A DNA stretch of 32,000 nucleotides from Kineococcus radiotolerans SRS30216 = ATCC BAA-149. Lineage in GTDB: Bacteria; Actinomycetota; Actinomycetes; Actinomycetales; Kineococcaceae. A program made the position numbers and the translations under genes. Of the stretch, positions 1 through 9,614 are shown piece by piece. The DNA lies in assembly GCF_000017305.1 (NCBI RefSeq), contig NC_009664.2, positions 90,001 through 122,000 of the forward strand, read 5' to 3'. Each line of letters opens with the position of its first letter. Position 1 is the first letter of the stretch. The notes beneath the pieces are model-generated. The model made no database searches. It saw only the letters and a list, made by a program, of their open reading frames with translations, and was not told the DNA's origin.

Positions 1-257
1 ATGGCCCCGGCCAGGCGGGCGACGTAGCCGACGCCGTAGGTGGCCATCGAGGCGACCAGGGCCACCGCGGGGTCGGAGTCGGGGAAGAAGATCTGGTTGA
101 AGACGATGGCCGCGGCCAAGGAGTACAGCGCGAAGTCCATGAACTCCATCGCGGTACCGAGCCAGCCCGAGACGGCGGCCCGGGTGAGGTCCTTGGTGCT
201 GCGGGTGGCTTCGGGAGCCGGCGCGGGCCGGGCTCCGGGGCTGGTCGTGTCCGACAT
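1..257 (-). CDS. MFS transporter, metabolite:H+ symporter (MHS)-like; N-terminal part only, gene runs off the left edge
   Basis: My reverse-complement translation from ATG at 257-255: MSDTTSPGARPAPAPEATRSTKDLTRAAVSGWLGTAMEFMDFALYSLAAAIVFNQIFFPDSDPAVALVASMATYGVGYVARLAGA. The G..EFMDF.LY....FFP pattern is typical of MHS-type MFS N-termini. Codon position 3 is nearly all G/C. Absent from the ORF track because it is truncated. Confidence 0.7.
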   Translation of the reverse strand, partial: MSDTTSPGARPAPAPEATRSTKDLTRAAVSGWLGTAMEFMDFALYSLAAAIVFNQIFFPDSDPAVALVASMATYGVGYVARLAGA

Positions 258-356
258 CGCGGGCTCCGTTGCGTCGTGTCGAGAGAGAGGTGAGGAGTGC
301 CTCACGGCCTGGGTGCTGCGGGACGTGCTGCGGGAAGTGCTGCGAGGTGGTGCCGG

Positions 357-1805
357 TCAGAGCTCGACGACACCGCGTGCGAGGGCGGGTAGGTGACCGG
401 CGACGGCGTCGACGAGGGCGTGGTCCTCGGCCAGGTCGTCGGCGCCGGCGGTGCGCAGCAGCCCAGCGACGACGGGGGGTCCACCGCGCTCGTGCGCCCA
501 GCAGTCAGCCAGCGCCGCGGAGAGCGGGTCGGTCGTGCCGAACAGCTGCGCCTCGCCGTCGGGCCGGGTGGCGTGGGCCCACGCGGCCACCGCGGCGATG
601 AGCACCGTCACCGGCTTTCGTGCCGCGCGCAGTTCACGCAGGGGGGTGAACCACCGTTCGGCGACCTTGGCGGCGCCGTCGTCGCCGATCTGGGTGAGCC
701 GGTGGCGCACCCCGGGGTTGGCGAAGCGCTGCCCCAGGGCGTGGCAGTACTCCCGAACCTGCTCCTGAGGAACGGGCAGCGTCGGGGCGACCTCGCCCCC
801 CAGCCGCTGCACCAGCGTCGAACCCCACCCGGTGGCCACGGCTTCGTCGACGGTGGCGCACCCCGCGGCGAGTCCGAGGTAGGCCAGGGCGCTGTGCGAG
901 CCGTTGAGCAGCCGCAGCTTCATCAGCTGGTGCGGGGCGACGTCGTCGACGAACCGGGCCCCGGCGAGTTCCCAGGCCGGACGGGCGGCAGCGAAGTCGT
1001 CCTGCAGGACCCAGCTGCGGAACGGTTCACCCGCGACGGCGAGCTCGTCGCGGACCCCGAGGGCCTGCGCCGCCGAGTCCAGGACTCCCGGCGTGGCGGC
1101 GGGCACGATCTGGTCCACGACGGTGGAGGGGAACGTGACGGCGGTCTGGAGCCACTGCAGGACGGCACCGGCGTCCTGCCACCCGGACCGTTCGACGTAC
1201 TCACGCACGACGCGGGACGTCACCTCGCCGTTGCGGGCGAGGTTGTCGCAGGAGACGACCGTCAGCGGGGCACCGTTCGCGCGGAACCGGGCGTCGAGGG
1301 CCCGGGCCAGCAGCCCCACCGCGGTGGGCCGGCCGCCGGCCAGGTCGTCGGCGAGAGCGGGGTCGGTGACGTCCAGCCCTCCGCGGAGGTCGCGCCGGTA
1401 CCCCTTCTCGGTGACGGTGAGGGTGACGACGCTGGTCCCCGGGTCCAGCAGGAGCGAGGCGACGGCGTCGGGGTCCCACCCGCGGACGACGCCGGTGGTG
1501 GAGGCGACCACGCGGGGAACGCCCGGGTCGCCGCTGAGCTCGGTGACGGAGAACAGACCGTCCTGCTCGAGCAGGTGCGACGCGGTGGCCGCTGATCCGG
1601 GGACCACGACGACGGTGCCGACGGGGTCGGTCGAAGCGGCGGCCGCCGCTTCGGTGTACACGGCCTGGTGGGCGCGGTGGAAGGCACCGAAACCCACGTG
1701 CACGACGCCGGCGCGCAGCTGCCGGGGGTCGAGGAGGGGACGGGAGGCGGACGGCAGGGTCGCGAGCACGTCCAGCGAGAGCCGTGGCGTCGTTCGAGCG
1801 GTCAC
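357..1805 (-). CDS. uxuB: Mannitol-dehydrogenase-family oxidoreductase, probably D-mannonate/fructuronate oxidoreductase
   Basis: Last 482 residues of the 790-aa track ORF (357..2729); the upstream part is antisense to manD. GTG at 1805 overlaps the manD stop (GTGA). Motifs: [14 protein letters not shown] (N-terminal dinucleotide fold), [27 protein letters not shown]. The uxuB symbol rests on adjacency to manD, not on sequence alone. Confidence 0.8.
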   Translation of the reverse strand: MTARTTPRLSLDVLATLPSASRPLLDPRQLRAGVVHVGFGAFHRAHQAVYTEAAAAASTDPVGTVVVVPGSAATASHLLEQDGLFSVTELSGDPGVPRVVASTTGVVRGWDPDAVASLLLDPGTSVVTLTVTEKGYRRDLRGGLDVTDPALADDLAGGRPTAVGLLARALDARFRANGAPLTVVSCDNLARNGEVTSRVVREYVERSGWQDAGAVLQWLQTAVTFPSTVVDQIVPAATPGVLDSAAQALGVRDELAVAGEPFRSWVLQDDFAAARPAWELAGARFVDDVAPHQLMKLRLLNGSHSALAYLGLAAGCATVDEAVATGWGSTLVQRLGGEVAPTLPVPQEQVREYCHALGQRFANPGVRHRLTQIGDDGAAKVAERWFTPLRELRAARKPVTVLIAAVAAWAHATRPDGEAQLFGTTDPLSAALADCWAHERGGPPVVAGLLRTAGADDLAEDHALVDAVAGHLPALARGVVEL

Positions 1806-3010
1806 CAGTCGTGCACCGACCCGTCCAGGCGCCGGGCCACCGGGAGGTAGCGCGGTTCGTAGGGGAACTTGGCGGCCACCTCGTCGTCGTACTCGACGCC
1901 CAGGCCCGGGGCGGCGCTCACGTCCAGGCTTCCTCGGGTGAAGGTGGTCCCGGTGCGGAACACCTCCGTCGTCTCGGGGGCGAACTCCATGTACTCCTGG
2001 ATGCCGAAGTTCGGGACCGTGAGGTCCAGGTGCACCGCCGCAGCCAGCGAGACCGGGGACAGGTCGGTGGCTCCGTGCGAGCCGGTGCGGACCTGGTGGA
2101 GCGCAGCCAGGTCGAAGATGCGCCGCAGGTGGGTGATCCCGCCGGCGTGCACGACGGAGGTGCGGACGTAGTCGATGAGGCGCTCGGTGATCAGTTGCTG
2201 GACGTCCCAGATGCTGGAGAGGACCTCCCCCACGGCCAGCGGGGTGGTGGTGTGCTGGCGGATGAAGCGGAAGGACGACTGGTCCTCGACCGGAGTCGGG
2301 TCCTCCATCCAGAACAGGTCGAGTTCCTCGAACTGCTTGCCGAGCCGGGCCGCCTCGGTGGGGGTCAGGCGGTGGTGCACGTCGTGCAGCAGGTGGAAGT
2401 CGAAGCCGAACTCCTCGCGGACGGCCCGCAGGCAGTCCGGGGCGAAGCGCAGGTAGGCCCGGGTGTCCCAGGGTTGCTCGTCGGGCAGCGAGGTGGCGGC
2501 CGGTTCGTAGATCTCGCCCTTGCGCACGCCGTAGGAACCGGCGAGCCCGGGGACGGCCGCTTGGGCGCGGATGGCCTGGTAGCCCTTGGCCTGGAAGCGC
2601 GCGACGTCCTCCAGCAGGGAGGGGACGTCGGATCCGCTGGCGTGGCCGTAGACCATCACCTGCTCCCGGGAGCGGCCCCCGAGGAGGTCGACCAGGGGCA
2701 GCCCGGCGACCTTGCCCTTGATGTCCCACAGCGCGACGTCCACCGCGGCGACGGCGGTCATGGTCACCGGTCCACGCCGCCAGTAGGCACCCCGGTACAG
2801 GTACTGCCAGGTGTCCTCGATGCGAGCGGGATCGCGGCCGATCAGCAGTGGTGCGACGTGATCGCGCAGGTAGGACGCCACGGCCAGTTCGCGCCCGTTG
2901 AGGGTCGCATCGCCGATCCCGGTGACTCCGTCCGAGGTGGTGATGCGCAGCGTGACGTAGTTGCGCCCCGGCGAGGTGAGCAGCACTTCAGCGTTGGTGA
3001 TCGTGCTCAT
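1802..3010 (-). CDS. manD: D-mannonate dehydratase of the enolase superfamily (ManD type)
   Basis: Track ORF 1802..3094. I place the start at ATG 3010 ([11 protein letters not shown]...), preceded by GGAGAG. Diagnostic stretches: [58 protein letters not shown]. About 402 aa, as expected for ManD. Confidence 0.9.
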   Translation of the reverse strand: MSTITNAEVLLTSPGRNYVTLRITTSDGVTGIGDATLNGRELAVASYLRDHVAPLLIGRDPARIEDTWQYLYRGAYWRRGPVTMTAVAAVDVALWDIKGKVAGLPLVDLLGGRSREQVMVYGHASGSDVPSLLEDVARFQAKGYQAIRAQAAVPGLAGSYGVRKGEIYEPAATSLPDEQPWDTRAYLRFAPDCLRAVREEFGFDFHLLHDVHHRLTPTEAARLGKQFEELDLFWMEDPTPVEDQSSFRFIRQHTTTPLAVGEVLSSIWDVQQLITERLIDYVRTSVVHAGGITHLRRIFDLAALHQVRTGSHGATDLSPVSLAAAVHLDLTVPNFGIQEYMEFAPETTEVFRTGTTFTRGSLDVSAAPGLGVEYDDEVAAKFPYEPRYLPVARRLDGSVHDW

Positions 3011-3042
3011 GGGTTCCATCTCTCCGTCGACCTGTCGCCCAG

Positions 3043-3072
3043 CACTGCCATACAAGCACTGGTACGGCAGTG
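3043..3072. promoter_or_regulatory. Imperfect 30-bp palindrome in the manD/gntR divergent intergenic region; candidate GntR operator
   Basis: CACTGCCATACAAGCACTGGTACGGCAGTG has outer arms CACTGCC / GGCAGTG and an inner GT..AC-type core. It lies between the manD start (3010) and the regulator start (3133). Confidence 0.4.
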
Positions 3073-3126
3073 TCCGCAAGGTCTTGGCCCACACCGCGGC
3101 GCTGCTGCGACACCTCGCACTACAGT

Positions 3127-3140
3127 GCTGCCATGGCAGC
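3127..3140. promoter_or_regulatory. Perfect 14-bp palindrome GCTGCCATGGCAGC spanning the GntR start codon; candidate autoregulatory operator
   Basis: Read directly from the sequence. It shares the TGCCAT/ATGGCA half-site with the 3043..3072 palindrome. Confidence 0.35.
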
Positions 3141-3843
3141 TGTGCGTGACTCCCGCACCACGCGGGCCCGCGTCTACGAGACGCTGCGCCGGCAGGTGGT
3201 GACCCTGGAACTACCCCCCGGGGCCGCGCTGTCGGAGAACGAACTGTCAGCCACCTTGGGAGTCAGCCGCACCCCGGTGCGCGAGGCCCTGATCCTGCTC
3301 GCCGAGGAAGGCCTCGTGCAGGTCTTCCCCCAGGTGGGGTCCTTCGTCAGCCGCGTGGACCCCCGCCGTGTCGCCGACGCCCAGTTCATCCGCGAAGCCG
3401 TCGAGCTCGCCGCGCTGGCCGACCTGCCCGCCCACCTCGACCCCGACCTGGTGCGCGAACTGCAGGACAACGTGGAACGGCAACGACGACCGGGCTTGGA
3501 CGCCCGCGCCTTCTTCGACCTCGACGAGCTCTTCCACGCGAGCCTGCTGCAGCTGTCCGGACACGGGAACGCCTGGCCCGTCGTGCAGCGCGCCAAGGCC
3601 CACCTCGACCGGGCGCGTCAGCTCGGGCTGGACGAGGCCCACGTGCAGGAGTCCCGGGTGTCCGAGCACGAGGAGGTCCTGCGCGCCGTCCTCGACGGTC
3701 GCCAGGAGGAGGCGGTCGACCTGCTGCGCACGCACCTGCGGGCGGTGCTGGCCGACGTGGACCGGGTCCGCGAGGAATCGCCCCACCTTTTCCACGACGG
3801 CACCCTCGCCCCGACGCGCCGGAGCATCGCCGTCTGGACCTGA
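3133..3843 (+). CDS. GntR-family transcriptional regulator, FadR/FCD subfamily
   Basis: Track ORF 3070..3843, with start placed at ATG 3133 (MAAVRDS...). N-terminal winged HTH: [50 protein letters not shown]. The C-terminal helical FCD-like domain includes [12 protein letters not shown]. Divergent from manD. Confidence 0.9.
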   Translation: MAAVRDSRTTRARVYETLRRQVVTLELPPGAALSENELSATLGVSRTPVREALILLAEEGLVQVFPQVGSFVSRVDPRRVADAQFIREAVELAALADLPAHLDPDLVRELQDNVERQRRPGLDARAFFDLDELFHASLLQLSGHGNAWPVVQRAKAHLDRARQLGLDEAHVQESRVSEHEEVLRAVLDGRQEEAVDLLRTHLRAVLADVDRVREESPHLFHDGTLAPTRRSIAVWT

Positions 3844-4295
3844 GCCGGTTCGCGCGAGGAGCCCTCGGCGCTGCGGGCGGGAGCTGCACCCTTCGGAGCG
3901 CCACCACCAGCGCCGTCCCCGCAGCCACCGCGGACACGCCCCCTCGGCCCCGTCACCCGGGCCCGGAATACCCCTCGTCGCCCGACGACGAGACCCACTG
4001 CTGGACGGAACCGGAGGACGCCTCCCCCGACGGGCGACCACGAGCCCGTGAGCACGGAGCGCGCTCCACCCGCACCTGGTCCCCGCCGGTCGACGACGAG
4101 GTCCACGACCTCACGGCCGTCCCGCGATCCGGGCACGATCGTGGCGCCTGACGACCCTGCGGTCGTGACCGTGGTCCTCCTGCAGGGGCCCGGCGACGTG
4201 GAGGACCTGATCGCCCGCCCGCTCGACGGCCGGTGACGCGTCTGTTTCGTCCCCCGCTGGCGCTGCTCGACGCGTGGACCGAGCCGCCGCCCCGG

Positions 4296-4907
4296 TCAGG
4301 GCACCGGCACGACGGGGGAACCGTCGGCGTGCTGGTCCGGGTACTGCTCCCGGTACTCCTCGAGGCTCAGCCCGAGCTGCTGCGCACCGGCCCGATCCTC
4401 CGCGTCGGCGTACCGGTTCCAGTCGTCGACGACGCGCTGGGTCAGGTTCGGCAGGGCGATGCAGATGTAGGTGCCGTCAGCGGGCAGATCCGGCGGCGGG
4501 GTGCAGGCCGACGCGGTCTGGTAGGCGCCCGGGTCGAAGCAGCTCGTCCAGGACGAACCCGAGGTGGTGTCGGGGTCGTCGGGATCCGTCGCCGCCAGCT
4601 CCTCGTCGGTCGGCTGGTGAGAGATGCACGTGCGCGTCGGCATCGACGTCGCCATGGGCCCGCCCTGCAGCCACTCCTCGTGCGCGACCTCCTCCGGGCT
4701 CGGCGTCCACCCGCCGTCGACCTCCTCCGGCGCCGTCGTGGGCGCCGCCGCGGGCACGTCCGAGGACGCCGAGGACGAGGTCACGGCCTCGGTCCCGCAC
4801 GAGCCGAGGAGCAGGGCGAGGGCCGCGAGCGGCAGGACGAGCACGAGACGCACCCACCGAGCCTGCCAGCGCGGTGGAGGCGGGCGACGCGAACGAGCCC
4901 GCGTCAC
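4296..4907 (-). CDS. Hypothetical Cys-rich secreted lipoprotein
   Basis: 203-aa ORF with an Arg-rich n-region, hydrophobic core and lipobox LLLGS-C. The mature part has 5 further Cys and acidic and Pro-rich stretches. High GC3. No family recognised. Confidence 0.6.
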   Translation of the reverse strand: MTRARSRRPPPPRWQARWVRLVLVLPLAALALLLGSCGTEAVTSSSASSDVPAAAPTTAPEEVDGGWTPSPEEVAHEEWLQGGPMATSMPTRTCISHQPTDEELAATDPDDPDTTSGSSWTSCFDPGAYQTASACTPPPDLPADGTYICIALPNLTQRVVDDWNRYADAEDRAGAQQLGLSLEEYREQYPDQHADGSPVVPVP

Positions 4908-5020
4908 CCGTCCGGCCCCGTGGTGGAGAGGCCGCAGGAGCTCTCCCCCTGCGACGGGTCCGAGGGTGAGACGGTCCGGTGGGCGGAAGGCGGATGACGA
5001 GGACGGGGAGCCGGCCCGGG

Positions 5021-6058
5021 TCAGGGTCGGGCGCCGTCACCGGCGAGGGTGGTGAGGAAGTCGTCCAGGAAGGCCTCGACGTCGACGGCCAAGGCCACCC
5101 GTGTCGAGGGTGCCGGCCGACCAGGGCGGGTGGCGGGTTCGAACGGCACCGGACCCCCCTCTGCGGTGCGCAGCAGGTGCGCGCGCCAGCGTTCCCCGTC
5201 GGGGACGAGCCCGACGGGTCCGTCTTCGAAGTCGGAGATCCAGCGTGGTTCGACCAGCAACGCCGCGGCGAGCCCGTCCCAGGCGGGAGAGACTCGCCGG
5301 CCCCAGACCTGCTGGTAGAAGTCCATGTAGGACTCCAACAACGCGGCGCTGAAGCGGCCGACCTCGGTGGGGCTGTCGTGCAGGCGTCGCACCGCGGCTT
5401 CGTCGACGATGGCACCGGCTCCGACGTTGACCCCGACCATCACGAGCTGGGTGCGGGGAGCGGCGAACACGGCCCGGGCCGCGGCGGCGTCGTTGGCGAT
5501 GTTGGCGTCGACGATCTGGGCGACCCCCAGCGCCGGGAAGGGACCCGAGCCGCCCATGACGACGGTGGAGCGGAACTTCGTGAGCAGGTCGGGGTCGCGT
5601 TCGAGGGCGGCGGCGATGTTGGTCATGGGCCCCAGGACCAGGAGGTCGTGGCGACCGGGGTCGGTGTTCGCCAGGTGCACGAGCTGCTCGGCGGCACTGC
5701 GGTCCTCGACGGGGACGTCGGGCCGCTCCCCGCCCAGATCGCCCAGTCCGTCGTGGCCGTGGACGTAGGTCGCGAAGTGGGCCGGGCGGCCATCGATGGG
5801 ACCTGCGGCCCCGACCGAGACGGGGATGCCGCCCTCGCCGACGGTGAGGCCGGCCACCGACAAGACCGCGCCGATGTTGCGGGTGGCGTCCTGCACGGTG
5901 CAGTTGCCGTAGACGGCGGTGACCGCCGCGATCTCGACGTCGCGGCGGCCGGCCAGCCACAGCAGGGCGAGGGCGTCGTCGATGCCGGTGTCGGTGTCCA
6001 CGACGACGCTGCGACCGCTGCCGCTGCTGTCGGGGGTGTGGTCTCGAGGGGTGGTCAC
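5021..6058 (-). CDS. Nucleoside hydrolase (inosine/uridine-preferring IUNH family)
   Basis: C-terminal 345 aa of the 918-aa track ORF. GTG at 6058 overlaps the permease stop (GTGA). Signature N-terminus VVVDTDTGIDDALALLWL, plus HGHDGLGD and VLGPMTNIAAAL. Confidence 0.9.
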   Translation of the reverse strand: MTTPRDHTPDSSGSGRSVVVDTDTGIDDALALLWLAGRRDVEIAAVTAVYGNCTVQDATRNIGAVLSVAGLTVGEGGIPVSVGAAGPIDGRPAHFATYVHGHDGLGDLGGERPDVPVEDRSAAEQLVHLANTDPGRHDLLVLGPMTNIAAALERDPDLLTKFRSTVVMGGSGPFPALGVAQIVDANIANDAAAARAVFAAPRTQLVMVGVNVGAGAIVDEAAVRRLHDSPTEVGRFSAALLESYMDFYQQVWGRRVSPAWDGLAAALLVEPRWISDFEDGPVGLVPDGERWRAHLLRTAEGGPVPFEPATRPGRPAPSTRVALAVDVEAFLDDFLTTLAGDGARP

Positions 6059-6972
6059 GGGGTGCCTCCTGCGGGCAGCGGTGAGCGACGCGCCCGGCGG
6101 GCGCGCGCGAGGACGAGGACGACGAGGGTCACGAGGTAGGGGGCGGCGTCGGTGAGCTGCTGCGGGAGTCCGATCCCCTGCAGGCGGAAGCCCCAGGCCT
6201 CCGCGGCGCCGAAGAGCAGGCACGCCAGCAGGACGCCCACGGGGCGGTTCACGGCGAGCATGACGGCGGCCACGGCGACCCAGCCGCGCCCGGCGGTCAT
6301 GTTCTCGGTGAAGGCGGTGACGTTCCCCAGGGCCAGCTGCGCCCCGGCCAGACCGCACAGCGCCCCAGCCACCAGGACCGTCAGCTGCTGGTAACGGCTG
6401 ACCGGGACCCCCAGGGTCGTCGCAGCCGCGGGGTGGTCGCCCACCCCGCGCAGCCGCAGACCGACCGCTGTGCGTGCCAGCCACCAGGCGGCGGCGACCG
6501 GGAGCAGCAGGGCCAGGGGCACCAGGACGCTCTGGCCGGCGAGCAGCCGCCCCAGCACCGGGACGTCCGAGAGCTGCGAGAGGTCGGGCAGCCCCACCAG
6601 GCCCGGCGGCGCGAACGTGCCGCTGGCGTCGAAGACCGACCGCAGGAGGAACCCCGTCAGGCCCAGCGCGAGCAGGTTCAGTCCCACGGCGACGATGATG
6701 GGGTCCGCGTGCCAGCGCACCGAGCCCACGGCGAGGATCCCGCTGAGCAGCGCTGTGGTGACCACCGCGGCGAGGACCCCCCACCAGGGCGAGGCGGTCC
6801 AGTGGCTCACCCCGACCGCGGTGAACGCGGCCCACAGCATCTGCCCCTCCAAGGCGATGTTGAAGACCCCAGCGCGCCCGCAGAGGGCACCGCCGAGCGC
6901 GGCGAGCGCGACGGGAGCGGTGGCAGCGAGGACGGCGGCGACGAACGACAGGGACAGCAGCGATGACAGCAC
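6055..6972 (-). CDS. ABC transporter permease (BMP/nucleoside-type, second permease)
   Basis: 305-aa polytopic ORF. GRAGVFNIALEGQMLW is typical of BPD_transp_2-type permeases partnered with BMP-family binding proteins. Confidence 0.85.
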   Translation of the reverse strand: MLSSLLSLSFVAAVLAATAPVALAALGGALCGRAGVFNIALEGQMLWAAFTAVGVSHWTASPWWGVLAAVVTTALLSGILAVGSVRWHADPIIVAVGLNLLALGLTGFLLRSVFDASGTFAPPGLVGLPDLSQLSDVPVLGRLLAGQSVLVPLALLLPVAAAWWLARTAVGLRLRGVGDHPAAATTLGVPVSRYQQLTVLVAGALCGLAGAQLALGNVTAFTENMTAGRGWVAVAAVMLAVNRPVGVLLACLLFGAAEAWGFRLQGIGLPQQLTDAAPYLVTLVVLVLARARRARRSPLPAGGTP

Positions 6973-6978
6973 CCGCGT

Positions 6979-8049
6979 TCAGCTCCGTTCCGGGACGCGG
7001 CGGCGGGCCCGGCGCGCCGCGGCGGCCACGGCGACCGTGCGGAGGGCCAGGACGAGGATGACGACGGCCTGCAGGACCTGCCCGAGCTGGCGGGGCAGGT
7101 CGATGTCGCGTTCCATGCCCGTCGAGCCCACCTGCAGCACCGTGAAGAGGGCCGCCGTCAGCGGCAGCAGCGCCGGGCGGCCCCCGGCCAGCAGCGCCGC
7201 GGCCACCCCGGCGAAGGTGTACCCCGGTGCGGTGAGGGCACCGTCGATGAACCGGAACGGCTGCGTCGTGACGACCACCGCGCCGGCCAGCCCCGCGATG
7301 CCACCGGCCGTGGTCAGGGCACCGAGGGTCAACCCGGGCACCGAGATGCCGCCGTAGCGGGCGAAGGAGCGGTTCGCGCCCACGGCGCGCAGCTCGTACC
7401 CCAGGGAGGTCCGCCCGTCGAGGACGACGACGACCAGCAGCACCAGCACGACCAGGAGCAGGCCGAGGTTGGTGTACTGCGTGCCCGGCAGGGAGGGCAG
7501 GTGCGCGGCGTCGGGCAGCCGCGGGGTCTGCGGAACCCCGGAACCCTGCTGGGCGAGGGGGAAGCGGACGAGGTAGGAGGTCAAGGCCACCGCGGGTGTG
7601 CTCAGCAGCAGCGTGGAGATGATGACCGGGACGTGGGCGCGTGTGGCCAACGGCACGGACAGCGCAGCCAGCGCAGCCCCGGCGAGCGCGGCGGCCAGCA
7701 GGCACACCGGCAGCAGCAGGGGGGCGGGCAGCGGCAGGTGGAGGGCGACCACGGCCGCGGCGATCCCGCCCACGCACAGCTGACCGTCCCCGCCGAGGTT
7801 GTACTCCCCCATCCGGGCGGGGACGGCGAAGGCCATCGCCATGGCCAGGATGGCGGTGAAGGAGGCCACGGAGAAGTCGATGCTGCTGACGCCGATGGCG
7901 CCGCGGACCATCGCGTCGTAGCCGCGCACCGGGTCCACCCCCGCCGCCAGCATGACCCCGGCGCCGACGAGCAGGGCCACGAGGACCGCGCCGACCGGTA
8001 CGACCGCGCCCGGGGCGGTGAGCCGGAGCCGGGCCACGAGTCCGCTCAC
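6979..8049 (-). CDS. ABC transporter permease (BMP/nucleoside-type, first permease)
   Basis: 356-aa polytopic ORF. The GTG start at 8049 overlaps the ATPase stop (GTGA). Contains EYNLGGDGQL, the permease core motif. Confidence 0.85.
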   Translation of the reverse strand: MSGLVARLRLTAPGAVVPVGAVLVALLVGAGVMLAAGVDPVRGYDAMVRGAIGVSSIDFSVASFTAILAMAMAFAVPARMGEYNLGGDGQLCVGGIAAAVVALHLPLPAPLLLPVCLLAAALAGAALAALSVPLATRAHVPVIISTLLLSTPAVALTSYLVRFPLAQQGSGVPQTPRLPDAAHLPSLPGTQYTNLGLLLVVLVLLVVVVLDGRTSLGYELRAVGANRSFARYGGISVPGLTLGALTTAGGIAGLAGAVVVTTQPFRFIDGALTAPGYTFAGVAAALLAGGRPALLPLTAALFTVLQVGSTGMERDIDLPRQLGQVLQAVVILVLALRTVAVAAAARRARRRVPERS

Positions 8050-9614
8050 GCCGACATCGCCGACCCCAGGTCGGCTTCGGTGGCGTCCGCGGCGGCGAAC
8101 TCCGCCGTCACGACACCGTCGCGGACGACGACCACCCGATCGGCCAGCGCCTGCAGTTCGCTGATCTCGTACGACACCAGCAGCACCGCCGCACCGGCGG
8201 CACGGCGTTCCAGCAGCAGCCGGTGGATCTGCTCACCGGCCCCCACGTCGACCCCCTGGGTCGGCTGCTCGACCACCATCAGGTCCGCTTCGTGCTCCAG
8301 TTCCCTGGCCATGACCACCTTCTGCGCGTTGCCCCCGGACAGCGAACCCACCGGGGCGTCCACGCCGGCAGCGCGGATACCCATCCGGCGCACCGCATCG
8401 GCGGCACTGGCCCGCACCACGCGCGGGCTCAGCCAGCCCCGCCGCGACCGCGGGGCAGAACGGTGGTGCCCCAGGGCGAGGTTGTCCGCCACGCTCAAGG
8501 TCGCGGCCGTGCCCTGCCCGGGTCGGTCCTCGGGGACGTGCGCCACACCGCGACGGCGGCGCGCGCGCACGCTCAACCCCTGCACCGGAACACCCTTCAG
8601 GAGGATCGCACCGGTGTCCTGGCGGCGCAGACCCACGATGCACTCGACGAGTTCGCGCTGCCCGTTGCCCGAAACCCCCGCGATGCCCACGACCTCACCG
8701 GCCCGCACGGACAGGGAGATGCCCCGCACCCCTGGACCCGACCCGGCGGGAGGGACCCTCAGGTCGCGCACGACGAGGACCGCGCGGTCGTCCTGACCTT
8801 CGCCGGACCGGGTCCCCGTCCGGGCGCGAGGGTTGCGAGCGGGCCGCAGACCACGACCGATCATGGCTTCGACCAGCTCGGTGGCGGTGGTGCTCGCGGT
8901 GGTGAAACGGCCGCTGACCCGGCCGTCGCGGAGCACGGTGACCGCGTCGGAGAGGGCCAGCACCTCCTGCACCTTGTGGGTGACGATGACGACGGCGGTG
9001 CCGCTGGCGGCCATCGAGCGCAGGACGGTGAAGAGGGAGTCGACCTCACCAGGAGTCAGCACCGCGGTGGGTTCGTCGAGGACGAGGACGTCGGCCTCCC
9101 GGTGCAGCGCCTTGAGGATCTCCACCCGCTGCCGAACCCCCAGCGGCAGGTCCGCCACCCGGGCGTGCGGGTCGACGTCGAGGCCGAAGCGATCCGCGAG
9201 CTCCTCGACGCGGCGCACCGCGGCGCGGCTGTCGAGCAGGCCCCAGCGGCGCGGTTCGGCACGGTAGACGACGTTCTCGGCCACCGTGAGGGGTTCGAAC
9301 AGCTTGAAGTGCTGGTGGACCATGCCCAGCCCGTGGCCGATGGCGTCCAGCGGGGAGTGCAGCTGCACCGGGCGCCCGTGCCGGGCGACGGTCCCGGTGT
9401 CGGGACGGTGCAGGCCGTAGAGCATCGACATGAGCGTCGACTTGCCCGCACCGTTCTCCCCGACGACTGCGTGGACGCTGCCCACCTCCACGGCCAGGTC
9501 CACGTCGTCGACCGCCAGCACCGGGCCGAACCGCTTGCTGACCCCGCGCAGTTCGACCGCGGGTGGACCTCCGGGACGAGGGACGGGGGGACGGTCGAGA
9601 GGACGCGGCGTCAT
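8046..9614 (-). CDS. ABC transporter ATP-binding protein with two fused ATPase domains
   Basis: 522 aa. Walker A GENGAGKST; signatures LPLGVRQRV and LSGGNAQKV; Walker B VLVLDEPT and LMVVEQPT. ATG at 9614 overlaps the binding-protein stop (ATGA). Confidence 0.9.
   Translation of the reverse strand: MTPRPLDRPPVPRPGGPPAVELRGVSKRFGPVLAVDDVDLAVEVGSVHAVVGENGAGKSTLMSMLYGLHRPDTGTVARHGRPVQLHSPLDAIGHGLGMVHQHFKLFEPLTVAENVVYRAEPRRWGLLDSRAAVRRVEELADRFGLDVDPHARVADLPLGVRQRVEILKALHREADVLVLDEPTAVLTPGEVDSLFTVLRSMAASGTAVVIVTHKVQEVLALSDAVTVLRDGRVSGRFTTASTTATELVEAMIGRGLRPARNPRARTGTRSGEGQDDRAVLVVRDLRVPPAGSGPGVRGISLSVRAGEVVGIAGVSGNGQRELVECIVGLRRQDTGAILLKGVPVQGLSVRARRRRGVAHVPEDRPGQGTAATLSVADNLALGHHRSAPRSRRGWLSPRVVRASAADAVRRMGIRAAGVDAPVGSLSGGNAQKVVMARELEHEADLMVVEQPTQGVDVGAGEQIHRLLLERRAAGAAVLLVSYEISELQALADRVVVVRDGVVTAEFAAADATEADLGSAMSA

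Noticed and set aside
4048-4236. 62-aa plus-strand ORF in the 450-bp convergent gap after the GntR gene.
   Set aside because: - Only the last 33 or so codons have gene-like GC3.
- The N-terminal part is Arg/Ser/Thr/Pro junk.
- There is no RBS and no recognisable domain. At most it is a fragment.
357-7777. Very long track ORFs: 357..2729 (790 aa), 5021..7777 (918 aa), and elsewhere 23544..25688 (714 aa), 21706..23571 (621 aa), 21943..23613 (556 aa), 29547..31181 (544 aa) and 11383..13203 (606 aa).
   Set aside because: - They are fusions of a real gene with off-frame or antisense read-through, or are wholly antisense to recognisable genes.
- Their extra parts are Arg/Pro/Gly-rich low-complexity translations typical of stop-poor GC-rich DNA.
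- Each is replaced by the shorter, motif-supported gene models above.
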